This document shows positions 1 through 12,827 of a stretch of DNA of 64,000 bases, piece after piece. The notes beneath the pieces were generated by a model, which saw only the letters and a list, made by a program, of their open reading frames with translations, was not told the DNA's origin and did no database searches. The stretch is taken from the NCBI RefSeq assembly GCF_003334405.1, contig NZ_QOWM01000004.1; one strand, given 5' to 3'. Position 1 is the first letter of the stretch; each line of letters begins with the position of its first letter. This stretch comes from Escherichia coli. Lineage in GTDB: Bacteria; Pseudomonadota; Gammaproteobacteria; Enterobacterales; Enterobacteriaceae. The position numbers and the translations under genes are program-made.

Positions 1-406
1 AGGCGACGATCAGATAGGCCGCCTGCATGGAACTGTTGCGAAACGCTGTTTCTTCGGCAAGTTGTGGGCTGGAGGTAAACCAACTGCGGGCATCACCGTG
101 GGGAAACAGTAGTGGTAACCGTTCATAAAATTCACTGTCCCAGGCGACGATAGCGGTGACGGGCGCGGTCAGGGTTTTTTGCAGATTGCCGCTGGAAAGT
201 GCCGGGCGCAGACGTTCTTTTCCTTCTGCCGTGCGGGTAAACACGATCCGTGCCGGAGAACAGTTAGCTGATGTCGGCCCCCATTTCATCAGGGCATAAA
301 TCTCCCGTAACGTCTCATCGCTGACGGGGGTCTCCCGCCAGCCGTTGTGAGTGCGGGCATCGGTGAACAGGGTGCTAAGCGCACCTGGGCTAACGGCTTC
401 GTTCAT
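1..406 (-). CDS. rutE: RutE, putative malonic semialdehyde reductase (nitroreductase family); N-terminal part only, gene continues beyond window start
   Basis: Reverse-strand ATG near 404-406 translates [14 protein letters not shown]...; sits immediately downstream of rutD in the rut operon; ORF runs off the window edge. Confidence 0.8.
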   Translation of the reverse strand, partial: MNEAVSPGALSTLFTDARTHNGWRETPVSDETLREIYALMKWGPTSANCSPARIVFTRTAEGKERLRPALSSGNLQKTLTAPVTAIVAWDSEFYERLPLLFPHGDARSWFTSSPQLAEETAFRNSSMQAAYLIVA

Positions 407-415
407 AGCAATTCC

Positions 416-1216
416 TTACAGGGCGGCTTCACGGTGATGTAACAGGCTGGCAAGCCCGTTGAGTAACAGAGCATTAAACGTTTCGGGATCGGTCACGTTG
501 CAGGCGTGTCCGCCATAGGGCATCACCATTTTCTGGCTATCGGGCAGGGCGGCATGAAGTTCACTGGAACATGCTGTTGGCACCAGCAGATCATCACTGG
601 CGCAGATGATTTGCACCGGGCAGCGGATGCGATCCGCATGGTGACTAAAGTCAGCGCGTTTGAGGGCGTTAAGTCGACGCAGTAAATTATTTTTGCCCTG
701 AAAATGCGCCAGTGCCAGCGCGTCTTCTGCCTCCAGGCGAGGTGCGCGGGCCGCCATCCAGTCGGCGGGATAGAGGAACAACGGCTGCGCTTCCACCCAT
801 GCCTGCGCGCCGCCGCTATACAGTAATCGTTCGCGAACCTGAAAACAGCGGCGCGTATGGGCGTTTATTCGTAGCCAGCCGTTAACGCTGATCAGCACAG
901 TTACCGACGCGGGATAATCCAGCGCCAGCTGCATTCCCACCAGCGCACCGAGCGCATGGCCGACCACTGCGTAATGCTCAATCCCTGCGGCTACCAGCGC
1001 CTGATGCAGTTCCGCTGCCATCTGGGCGATACTGTAATCTTCTGCCAGCGTGTCGGGATTATTGCCGGTGCCGCGCTGGTCGTAACAGACTACCTGATAC
1101 TCCTGCTCCAGCACCGCCAGTTGCGGTAACCAGTAACTGCCGCTACCCCCAAGACCCGAAATCAACACCACTACGGGCGCATCAGCATAAGGGGGAGGTG
1201 AGAGTGAAAGTTTCAT
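416..1216 (-). CDS. rutD: RutD, alpha/beta-hydrolase of pyrimidine (Rut) degradation pathway
   Basis: ORF track 416..1243 (275 aa); start trimmed to [26 protein letters not shown] (266 aa); alpha/beta hydrolase motifs. Confidence 0.93.
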   Translation of the reverse strand: MKLSLSPPPYADAPVVVLISGLGGSGSYWLPQLAVLEQEYQVVCYDQRGTGNNPDTLAEDYSIAQMAAELHQALVAAGIEHYAVVGHALGALVGMQLALDYPASVTVLISVNGWLRINAHTRRCFQVRERLLYSGGAQAWVEAQPLFLYPADWMAARAPRLEAEDALALAHFQGKNNLLRRLNALKRADFSHHADRIRCPVQIICASDDLLVPTACSSELHAALPDSQKMVMPYGGHACNVTDPETFNALLLNGLASLLHHREAAL

Positions 1217-1223
1217 CGCGGCC

Positions 1224-1610
1224 TCACTTGGCGATATGCGCAATTGTGGCGATTTCCACCAGCGCGTCAGGTTTTACCAGTCCGCACTGAATGCAGAATC
1301 GCGCCGGTTTATCACCCGGAAAAAACTCGGCGTAGATTTCGTTAATCGCGGCGTAATTTTTCCAGTCGGTAATAAAGATGCTGTTGAAGGTCACATCCGC
1401 CATCGTGCCACCCGCCGTCTCGATCACCTTGCGGATAGTTTCCAGAACGTGGCGGGTTTGCGCCTTTGGGTCATCGGCAAACAGCACGTTATTATGTTGA
1501 TCAAAAGCCAGCGTACCGGAGACATACACCACGCCATCAGCCAGCGTGCCGGGAACGAAGGGGGCCAGCGGTGCGCTGCTGCCAGCGGGAATAATTACGG
1601 ATTTTGGCAT
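1224..1610 (-). CDS. rutC: RutC, RidA/YjgF-family aminoacrylate peracid reductase
   Basis: ORF track 128 aa [32 protein letters not shown]...; RidA-like. Confidence 0.95.
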
Positions 1611-1621
1611 CGTTAAACTCC

Positions 1622-3462
<1,841 letters not shown>

Positions 3463-3490
3463 ATCCTTTTCAGCCGCGTATTGGCTTGTT

Positions 3491-3507
3491 TGCAAAGCGG
3501 ATGCCAG
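3491..3507 (-). promoter_or_regulatory. sigma54 (-24/-12) promoter of rutA operon
   Basis: Reverse strand reads TGGCAT-ccgct-TTGCA (GG-N10-GC spacing) about 30 nt upstream of rutA ATG. Confidence 0.7.
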
Positions 3508-3569
3508 TTTTTAAAAAGTTAATGTTATTAATCTGTTAACATTACGTTATCTAAAATATCTGGTAAAAA

Positions 3570-3587
3570 GTGGACTAAACGGTCAAA
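3570..3587. promoter_or_regulatory. RutR operator-like palindrome in rutA-rutR intergenic region
   Basis: tggactaaacggtcaa, reverse complement TTGACCgtTTAGTCCA, resembles the RutR box TTGACCAnnTGGTCAA. Confidence 0.55.
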
Positions 3588-3692
3588 ACAGTTGCACATA
3601 AAACATGCATCTGTGCGCGATGAGAGTGCAGAAGGTCGAGGCCGGGCGGGGGTTTTGCTATCCTGTTGCCAATCTACAAGAGGGGAGAGCGC

Positions 3693-4331
3693 ATGACGCA
3701 AGGCGCAGTGAAAACAACGGGTAAACGTTCGCGCGCAGTAAGCGCGAAGAAAAAAGCGATTCTTAGCGCAGCACTGGACACTTTTTCACAATTCGGTTTT
3801 CACGGCACAAGGCTGGAGCAGATCGCAGAGTTGGCGGGTGTTTCAAAAACCAATCTGCTGTATTACTTTCCGTCAAAAGAGGCGCTGTATATTGCCGTGC
3901 TGCGGCAGATTCTCGATATCTGGCTGGCACCGTTAAAAGCGTTTCGTGAAGATTTCGCCCCGCTGGCGGCGATCAAAGAGTACATCCGTCTGAAGCTGGA
4001 AGTCTCACGCGATTATCCGCAGGCTTCGCGCCTGTTCTGTATGGAGATGCTGGCAGGCGCGCCGCTGTTAATGGATGAACTGACGGGCGATTTGAAGGCA
4101 TTAATTGATGAGAAATCGGCGCTGATTGCCGGTTGGGTCAAAAGCGGCAAACTCGCGCCGATTGATCCGCAGCATTTGATTTTTATGATTTGGGCTTCCA
4201 CTCAACATTACGCCGATTTCGCCCCTCAGGTGGAGGCGGTGACAGGCGCGACGTTGCGCGATGAGGTATTTTTCAATCAAACGGTTGAAAACGTGCAGCG
4301 GATTATTATTGAGGGGATTCGACCACGTTAA
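3693..4331 (+). CDS. rutR: RutR, TetR-family transcriptional regulator of rut operon
   Basis: ORF track 3666..4331; start trimmed to MTQGAVKTTGKRSRAVSAKKK (212 aa) with AGGGGAGAG SD; TetR HTH. Confidence 0.93.
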   Translation: MTQGAVKTTGKRSRAVSAKKKAILSAALDTFSQFGFHGTRLEQIAELAGVSKTNLLYYFPSKEALYIAVLRQILDIWLAPLKAFREDFAPLAAIKEYIRLKLEVSRDYPQASRLFCMEMLAGAPLLMDELTGDLKALIDEKSALIAGWVKSGKLAPIDPQHLIFMIWASTQHYADFAPQVEAVTGATLRDEVFFNQTVENVQRIIIEGIRPR

Positions 4332-4336
4332 AGATG

Positions 4337-4364
4337 CCGGAGGAGGTTGTAACATCCTCCGGCT
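4337..4364. terminator. Hairpin between convergent rutR and putA 3' ends (likely bidirectional terminator)
   Basis: gccggagga-N10-tcctccggc inverted repeat directly after both stop codons. Confidence 0.5.
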
Positions 4365-4370
4365 ACCTGT

Positions 4371-7300
4371 TTAACCTATAGTCATTAAGCTGGCGTTACC
4401 GCCAGCGGCAGCGGTATTCACACTCAGCGAACGCTCGATATACAGCCGTTCCAGAAGGATATTGCTTTCGCCACGGGCAAAACCCTGCACCGAAACAATT
4501 GTGCCATCCCGCGCGGCAACTGCTTCACACAATGCGCGAAGCTGATCCGAATCACCGTGGAAGATCACCGCATCAAACGGTTGAGCGGTTATATTTTCCG
4601 CTTTCGCCAGTTGAATACGTTCGCTGACTGCCGATGGCAATGCCTTCACTAACTGACGATGCAGCGCGTCATCCGGCCACAGTACCTGGCTGCCCACCGC
4701 CAGCACGGCGGCGAGCTGAGTCAGCGCATCCTGCTCATCATCGGCAATACACAACACGCGCTCACGCGGCAGCAGCGTCCAGGTGTTGCGTTCACCCGTC
4801 GGCCCCGGCAGCAATCGTTGTGTTCCTGCCTGCGCCAGCTCGCCATATTGCGTACATAACGCCTGCAATTCTGGACGATTTGCTGCCCATTCCCGCAGTG
4901 CATTTAGCGGCTGAGTCAATGCGGCTTTCAACTGCGCATCGACCGGATACTTTGCATCCTGACGCGCGAGCGTCACTGCCAGCGCACTTTCCGGGCGATT
5001 CGCCAGCAGACGGTAGAGATAGAGCGGACCGCCTGCTTTCGGCCCGGTACCGGACAACCCTTCGCCGCCGAACGGCTGCACACCAACCACTGCGCCCACC
5101 ATATTACGGTTAACATACAGGTTACCAACATGGGCCGAGCCAGTGACCTGGGCGATGGTTTCATCAATGCGCGTATGGACGCCAAGCGTCAGACCATAAC
5201 CGGAAGCGTTAATCTGCTCGATCAGCTCTGGTAGCTGGTTACGGTTGTAACGCACCACATGCAGCACCGGACCAAAGACCTCTTTTTGCAATTCGGCAAA
5301 GTCATCCAGTTCGATCAGCGTCGGGGCGACAAAGGTGCCGCTTTGCCATTCACGGGCATCTTCGCTGTTTTCCCGCACCGCCTGGAACACCGGACGGCCT
5401 TTGCTACGCATGGTCTGAATATGGCGCTCAATATTGGCTTTCGCTTCGCTATCAATCACTGGACCGATATCGGTGGTCAGGCGACCCGGATTACCTATCC
5501 GGCATTCGGCCATTGCGCCGCGCAGCATTTTCAACGTGTGGTCGGCAATCTCATCTTGCAGGCACAGCACGCGCAGCGCCGAACAACGCTGACCCGCACT
5601 GTCGAACGCCGAGGCCAGTACATCCACGACGACCTGTTCGGTCAGTGCTGAAGAATCGACAATCATCGCGTTCATGCCGCCGGTTTCAGCGATGAGCGGA
5701 ATAGGGCGACCCTGAGCGTCCAGGCGGCTGGCGATATTGCGCTGCAGTAACGTAGCGACTTCGGTTGAACCGGTAAACATCACCCCGCGCACGCGATCAT
5801 CACCCGTCAGTTGCGCGCCCACGGTTTCACCCCGACCTGGCAGCAATTGCACCACGCCTGGCGGTACACCCGCTTCCAGCAAAATGGCGATCCCTTGCGC
5901 GGCAATCAGCGGCGTTTGTTCTGCCGGTTTTGCCAGCACGCTGTTACCTGCCGCCAGTGCGGCGGCGATCTGCCCGGTGAAAATAGCCAGCGGGAAGTTC
6001 CACGGACTGATACACACCACAGGCCCTAATGGACGGTGGGTTTCGTTAGCGAAATCATCCCGCACCTGTCCGGCGTAGTAGTGGAGAAAATCGACCGCTT
6101 CGCGCACTTCGGCAATGGCGTTACTGAAGGTTTTTCCGGCCTCACGCACCAGAATACCAATCAGTTGCTGCATCTGGCTTTCCATCAGCACGGCAGCGCG
6201 GTGCAAAATCGCTGCGCGTTCAGCCGGAGGCGTGGCAAACCAGATTGGCGCGTTATTAACCGCACTTTCCAGCGCCTGTTCTACTTCACGCGGCGTGGCT
6301 TCACGCACATAGCCCACAATATCTTTCGGTTCCGCAGGGTTAATAACGGGCGACATCTCACCTGCCGCTACCGGTTGTTCCAGCATTGGCAAGGCCTGCC
6401 ATTTTTGCAGTGCACTATTGAGCAGGGCAGAGGAGAGCGAGGCCAGGCGGTGTTCGTTAGCGAGATCCAGCCCTGCCGAGTTGTCGCGCCCGTGACCGTA
6501 AAGATCGCGCGGCAGGGGAATTTTCGGATGCGGTAATCCAGTTTGCCCTTCCTGTTGCGCCAGTTTTTCTACAGCAGTGACCGGATCGGCGACCAGTTCA
6601 TCCAGTGGCAAAGAGGTGTCGGCAATACGGTTAACAAACGAGGTGTTAGCACCGTTTTCCAGCAGGCGACGCACCAGATACGCCAACAGCGTTTCATGTG
6701 TGCCAACCGGAGCATAAATACGACACGGACGGTTAAGTTTGCCGTCGGCAACTTTCCCGGTGACCTGCTCATACAGTGGCTCGCCCATACCATGCAGGCA
6801 CTGGAACTCGTACTGACCCGGGTAGTAGTTCTGCCCCGCCAGTTGATAAATCGCCGCCAGCGTATGGGCGTTGTGCGTCGCGAACTGCGGGTAGATTAGA
6901 TTCGGCACCGCCAGCAGCTTTTTCGCACAGGCGAGATAAGAAACGTCGGTATACACCTTGCGGGTATAAACCGGATAACCTTCAAGGCCGTCCATCTGCG
7001 CACGCTTAATTTCACTATCCCAGTACGCGCCTTTCACCAGGCGAATCATCAGACGGCGACGGCTGCGGGTGGCGAGATCAATCAGGTAATCGATCACCAA
7101 CGGGCAGCGTTTTTGATAAGCCTGAATAACAAAACCGATGCCGTTCCAGCCTGCCAGTTCCGGCTCGAAACAGAGTTTTTCCAGCAGATCGAGGGAGATC
7201 TCCAGGCGATCGGACTCTTCGGCGTCAATGTTGATACCAATATCGTACTGACGCGCCAGCAGGGTGAGTGATTTCAGACGCGGGTAAAGCTCTTCCATTA

Positions 7301-8333
7301 CCCGGTCATACTGGGCGCGGCTATAACGCGGATGCAGCGCCGACAGTTTGATTGAAATGCCCGGCCCTTCATAGATGCCACGACCGTTAGACGCTTTACC
7401 GATGGCGTGAATCGCCTGCTGATAGGAAACCATATACGCCTGTGCATCTGCGGCGGTCAGCGCGGCTTCGCCCAGCATATCGTAAGAGTAACGGAAACCT
7501 TTCTCTTCCAGCTTGCGGGCATTGGCTAACGCTTCCGCGATGGTTTCGCCAGTGACGAACTGCTCACCCATCAGGCGCATCGCCATATCCACACCTTTGC
7601 GGATCAGCGGTTCACCGCTTTTACCGATAATGCGGTTCAGCGAGCGGGAGAGGCTGGCTTCGTTATGGGTGGAAACCAGTTTGCCAGTAAACAGCAGCCC
7701 CCAGGTGGCGGCATTAACAAACAGTGACGGGCTACGACCAATGTGTGACTGCCAGTTACCGTTGCTGATTTTGTCGCGAATTAACGCGTCGCGGGTGGCT
7801 TTGTCGGGAATACGCAACAACGCTTCCGCCAGACACATCAGCGCCACGCCTTCCTGCGATGACAGCGAAAACTCCTGCAATAACCCCTGGACCATACCTG
7901 CGCGACCACTGGCATTTTTTTGATTACGCAGTTTATCGGCCAGCTGATACGCCAGTTTGTGCGCCTGTTCAGCAACTGGCTGCGGCAGGCGGGCTTGTTC
8001 CAGCAGCATAGAAACCGCTTCGGTTTCCGGGCGGCGATAGGCCGCGGTGATCGCGGCGCGGGAAACCGACTGGGGCAATATTTGCTCGGCAAAGTCGAGG
8101 AATGGCTGGTGTGGTTCCTCTGCCGGAGTCGGTGCTTCATCGCTCTCATTGGCCGCGCCAGAAAGCAGCGCAGGTAGCTCCGGCAGAGTATCGCTGTTTT
8201 CCAGTTGTTCGAGATAAGAAAAAATCGCCTGCTTAATTAACCAGTGTGGTGTGCGATCGATACGTGTCGCGGCAGACTTAATACGCTCACGCGTCGCGTC
8301 GTCCAGCTTAACCCCCATGGTGGTGGTTCCCAT
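4371..8333 (-). CDS. putA: PutA, bifunctional proline dehydrogenase / P5C dehydrogenase and transcriptional repressor
   Basis: ORF track 4371..8399; start trimmed to MGTTTMGVKLDDATRERIKSAA (1320 aa, RHH N-terminus). Confidence 0.96.
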   Translation of the reverse strand: MGTTTMGVKLDDATRERIKSAATRIDRTPHWLIKQAIFSYLEQLENSDTLPELPALLSGAANESDEAPTPAEEPHQPFLDFAEQILPQSVSRAAITAAYRRPETEAVSMLLEQARLPQPVAEQAHKLAYQLADKLRNQKNASGRAGMVQGLLQEFSLSSQEGVALMCLAEALLRIPDKATRDALIRDKISNGNWQSHIGRSPSLFVNAATWGLLFTGKLVSTHNEASLSRSLNRIIGKSGEPLIRKGVDMAMRLMGEQFVTGETIAEALANARKLEEKGFRYSYDMLGEAALTAADAQAYMVSYQQAIHAIGKASNGRGIYEGPGISIKLSALHPRYSRAQYDRVMEELYPRLKSLTLLARQYDIGINIDAEESDRLEISLDLLEKLCFEPELAGWNGIGFVIQAYQKRCPLVIDYLIDLATRSRRRLMIRLVKGAYWDSEIKRAQMDGLEGYPVYTRKVYTDVSYLACAKKLLAVPNLIYPQFATHNAHTLAAIYQLAGQNYYPGQYEFQCLHGMGEPLYEQVTGKVADGKLNRPCRIYAPVGTHETLLAYLVRRLLENGANTSFVNRIADTSLPLDELVADPVTAVEKLAQQEGQTGLPHPKIPLPRDLYGHGRDNSAGLDLANEHRLASLSSALLNSALQKWQALPMLEQPVAAGEMSPVINPAEPKDIVGYVREATPREVEQALESAVNNAPIWFATPPAERAAILHRAAVLMESQMQQLIGILVREAGKTFSNAIAEVREAVDFLHYYAGQVRDDFANETHRPLGPVVCISPWNFPLAIFTGQIAAALAAGNSVLAKPAEQTPLIAAQGIAILLEAGVPPGVVQLLPGRGETVGAQLTGDDRVRGVMFTGSTEVATLLQRNIASRLDAQGRPIPLIAETGGMNAMIVDSSALTEQVVVDVLASAFDSAGQRCSALRVLCLQDEIADHTLKMLRGAMAECRIGNPGRLTTDIGPVIDSEAKANIERHIQTMRSKGRPVFQAVRENSEDAREWQSGTFVAPTLIELDDFAELQKEVFGPVLHVVRYNRNQLPELIEQINASGYGLTLGVHTRIDETIAQVTGSAHVGNLYVNRNMVGAVVGVQPFGGEGLSGTGPKAGGPLYLYRLLANRPESALAVTLARQDAKYPVDAQLKAALTQPLNALREWAANRPELQALCTQYGELAQAGTQRLLPGPTGERNTWTLLPRERVLCIADDEQDALTQLAAVLAVGSQVLWPDDALHRQLVKALPSAVSERIQLAKAENITAQPFDAVIFHGDSDQLRALCEAVAARDGTIVSVQGFARGESNILLERLYIERSLSVNTAAAGGNASLMTIG

Positions 8334-8367
8334 GCCATTACTCCTGTTGTTCAGAAAGGTGCAACTT

Positions 8368-8568
8368 AACGTTATCGTGAAATATCCATGATGTTGCAAC
8401 TTTGTGCAACCATGTTAAATGTGACATGCGTAGCAAGCTTAAAAATGAATGAAATGTTAATAAAAGAAATCGATATGACAGGGATTAAAAAAATAACTCA
8501 GACTTTTTCTCTGCGGCAGTTAACATTTTTGAAAGGTGCAACCGCAAAAAATGTGAGAGAGTGCAACC
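8368..8568. promoter_or_regulatory. put control region with clustered PutA operator motifs (GTTGCA / GTGCAAC) between divergent putA and putP
   Basis: At least five copies of GTTGCA-type motif (ggtgcaac, gttgcaac, gtgcaacc, ggtgcaacc, gtgcaacc) in the ~420-bp divergent intergenic region. Confidence 0.7.
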
Positions 8569-8755
8569 TGATGAAAAATAGTGTCGCTGAGCACTAAAAT
8601 TTAATGTAAATGGTGTGTTAAATCGATTGTGAATAACCAGCGCTTCCGGCAGGATACGGTCGCCCTGGTAAAACATAAACTCTGTTACCCCGTTCCGGTG
8701 GCAGATATAACGGCAAGTTTCGACATTGCCGATAATAATTTTTTGGAGACTTTAG

Positions 8756-10264
<1,509 letters not shown>

Positions 10265-10301
10265 GGGACTTAGCCTGCGGCGGTTTTGTTTGGCTTCAGC
10301 A

Positions 10302-10390
10302 GCGGGTTGCGCTCCCTTAATGTGCCTCGCCATATAAATTGAATGGTGCAGGGAGCGCGCAGGGGGCGGCCAATCGCCGCCGCCCCCTGC
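10302..10390 (+). terminator. GC-rich stem-loops downstream of putP (probable terminator / structured element)
   Basis: Inverted repeat agggggcggc-caatc-gccgccccct plus gcgctccc...gggagcgc about 40-125 nt after putP stop; no clean T-tract so terminator role uncertain. Confidence 0.4.
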
Positions 10391-10564
10391 TGTCCCGGCC
10401 TTCGGGGAACGCTTCAGCGATTTTGACGCCACCAACACCCGAGCTGTTATTATGTTCCGGGCAAAAAGTTAGATTTGATAATCGCGGATGGACGAAATTG
10501 CTTGATACACCCGCTTATCAGTTTTACATGGAAGCTCTGATGCATTGAGTCTGGACAGTTTTGT

Positions 10565-10598
10565 CGGCTGGATACGGCGTTTACGCGGCATCCGGCAA
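10565..10598. repeat. REP (repetitive extragenic palindrome) element
   Basis: ggctggatacggcgtttacgcggcatccggcaag matches the GCCGGATGCGGCGT-type REP consensus. Confidence 0.7.
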
Positions 10599-10729
10599 GA
10601 ACACATGGTTCTTTGCAAACAATCCCATCTTTCTACCCTGGAATAATCGTTTATATCCCTTGGCATTACCTCTCTTTGTTTACATTCCAACATCATTTTA
10701 TAAACATTCCGCTTGTGTTTTTCTTTGCC

Positions 10730-10749
10730 GTAATGATAATCGCTATCAC
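10730..10749. promoter_or_regulatory. Fur box upstream of efeU
   Basis: gtaatgataatcgctatcac resembles the GATAATGATAATCATTATC Fur consensus, ~60 nt upstream of efeU ATG. Confidence 0.65.
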
Positions 10750-10806
10750 TGCGATTTACTTTTCTTTGCATAGATTGACTCAGAAAAACGTTTAAGGGTG
10801 GGTGGC

Positions 10807-11637
10807 ATGTTTGTTCCGTTTCTCATTATGTTGCGCGAAGGACTTGAAGCCGCGCTGATTGTCAGTTTGATTGCCAGCTATCTTAAGCGTACCCAGCGAG
10901 GCCGATGGATTGGTGTGATGTGGATTGGCGTGTTGCTTGCCGCTGCGTTGTGCCTGGGCTTGGGTATCTTCATTAACGAAACCACCGGCGAATTTCCGCA
11001 AAAAGAACAGGAACTGTTTGAAGGTATCGTGGCGGTGATCGCCGTGGTGATCCTTACCTGGATGGTTTTCTGGATGCGCAAAGTGTCGCGCAACGTCAAA
11101 GTGCAACTGGAACAGGCAGTCGATAGCGCATTGCAGCGTGGAAATCATCATGGCTGGGCGCTGGTGATGATGGTCTTTTTTGCCGTTGCAAGGGAAGGGC
11201 TGGAGTCGGTCTTTTTCCTGCTGGCGGCATTTCAACAAGATGTCGGGATCTGGCCGCCGCTGGGTGCAATGCTCGGTCTTGCTACTGCCGTGGTGCTAGG
11301 CTTCCTGCTCTACTGGGGCGGTATTCGCCTCAATCTTGGTGCATTTTTTAAATGGACCAGCCTGTTTATTCTCTTCGTCGCCGCAGGGCTGGCAGCTGGT
11401 GCCATTCGCGCATTTCATGAAGCCGGATTGTGGAACCACTTTCAGGAAATCGCCTTCGATATGAGTGCGGTGCTCTCAACTCACTCGCTGTTTGGCACGC
11501 TGATGGAAGGGATTTTTGGCTATCAGGAAGCGCCGAGCGTCAGCGAAGTCGCCGTCTGGTTTATTTATCTCATCCCGGCGCTGGTGGCATTTGCTCTGCC
11601 ACCACGCGCAGGGGCGACAGCGTCTCGCTCCGCGTAA
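10807..11637 (+). CDS. efeU: EfeU, FTR1-family ferrous iron permease (intact reading frame, two REGLE motifs)
   Basis: ORF track 10798..11637 (GTG-extended); ATG at 10807 gives MFVPFLIMLREGLEAALIV...; second REGLES motif present; uninterrupted 276 aa. Confidence 0.93.
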   Translation: MFVPFLIMLREGLEAALIVSLIASYLKRTQRGRWIGVMWIGVLLAAALCLGLGIFINETTGEFPQKEQELFEGIVAVIAVVILTWMVFWMRKVSRNVKVQLEQAVDSALQRGNHHGWALVMMVFFAVAREGLESVFFLLAAFQQDVGIWPPLGAMLGLATAVVLGFLLYWGGIRLNLGAFFKWTSLFILFVAAGLAAGAIRAFHEAGLWNHFQEIAFDMSAVLSTHSLFGTLMEGIFGYQEAPSVSEVAVWFIYLIPALVAFALPPRAGATASRSA

Positions 11638-11694
11638 CAAATACGACGCAAACTCTTGCTTAGTTACAACATACTTTAAAGGGATAGTCTCGTC

Positions 11695-12822
11695 ATGACC
11701 ATTAACTTCCGCCGTAACGCATTGCAGTTGAGCGTGGCTGCGCTGTTTTCTTCTGCTTTTATGGCTAACGCCGCTGATGTGCCGCAGGTCAAAGTGACCG
11801 TGACGGATAAGCAGTGCGAACCGATGACCATTACGGTTAACGCCGGGAAAACACAGTTCATTATTCAGAACCACAGCCAGAAGGCGCTGGAGTGGGAGAT
11901 CCTCAAAGGCGTGATGGTGGTGGAAGAGCGGGAAAATATCGCCCCTGGCTTTAGCCAGAAAATGACGGCGAATTTACAGCCTGGCGAATACGATATGACC
12001 TGCGGTCTGCTGACTAACCCGAAAGGGAAGTTGATCGTCAAAGGTGAGGCAACGGCGGATGCGGCGCAAAGTGATGCGCTGTTAAGTCTTGGTGGTGCAA
12101 TTACTGCATATAAAGCGTATGTCATGGCGGAAACCACGCAGCTGGTGACCGACACCAAAGCCTTTACCGACGCGATTAAAGCAGGCGATATCGAAAAAGC
12201 GAAAGCACTGTATGCACCGACGCGCCAGCACTATGAGCGTATTGAACCGATTGCTGAACTGTTCTCCGATCTGGATGGCAGCATTGACGCCCGTGAAGAT
12301 GATTACGAGCAAAAAGCCGCCGACCCAAAATTCACTGGTTTCCACCGTCTGGAAAAAGCATTGTTTGGCGACAACACCACCAAAGGGATGGATCAGTACG
12401 CTGAGCAGCTTTATACCGATGTGGTCGATTTGCAAAAACGCATCAGTGAACTGGCTTTCCCACCTTCAAAAGTGGTCGGCGGCGCAGCCGGACTGATTGA
12501 GGAAGTGGCAGCCAGCAAAATTAGCGGTGAAGAAGATCGCTACAGCCACACCGATCTGTGGGATTTCCAGGCTAACGTTGAAGGCTCGCAGAAAATTGTC
12601 GATTTGCTGCGTCCACAACTGCAAAAAGCCAACCCGGAACTGCTGGCAAAAGTCGATGCCAACTTTAAAAAGGTCGATACCATTCTGGCGAAATACCGTA
12701 CTAAAGACGGTTTTGAAACCTACGACAAATTGACCGATGCCGACCGGAATGCACTGAAAGGACCGATTACTGCGCTGGCGGAAGATCTGGCGCAACTTCG
12801 CGGTGTGCTGGGACTGGATTAA
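11695..12822 (+). CDS. efeO: EfeO, periplasmic iron-binding component (cupredoxin + M75 peptidase-like domains)
   Basis: ORF track 375 aa [26 protein letters not shown] with signal peptide. Confidence 0.95.
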   Translation: MTINFRRNALQLSVAALFSSAFMANAADVPQVKVTVTDKQCEPMTITVNAGKTQFIIQNHSQKALEWEILKGVMVVEERENIAPGFSQKMTANLQPGEYDMTCGLLTNPKGKLIVKGEATADAAQSDALLSLGGAITAYKAYVMAETTQLVTDTKAFTDAIKAGDIEKAKALYAPTRQHYERIEPIAELFSDLDGSIDAREDDYEQKAADPKFTGFHRLEKALFGDNTTKGMDQYAEQLYTDVVDLQKRISELAFPPSKVVGGAAGLIEEVAASKISGEEDRYSHTDLWDFQANVEGSQKIVDLLRPQLQKANPELLAKVDANFKKVDTILAKYRTKDGFETYDKLTDADRNALKGPITALAEDLAQLRGVLGLD

Positions 12823-12827
12823 GCGTT

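Noticed and set aside
4634-8177. Numerous 60-166-aa ORFs on both strands inside putA (for example 4634..5113, 5259..5651, 6036..6536, 7513..7923)
   Set aside because: All lie within the long, GC-rich putA coding sequence, whose 1320-aa frame matches PutA end to end; they are typical out-of-frame or antisense artefacts.
10469-10795. 100-aa reverse-strand ORF and two short forward ORFs in the putP-efeU intergenic region
   Set aside because: They span the REP element and the Fur box of the efeU promoter, are AT-rich with no SD/start context, and have a low-complexity translation.
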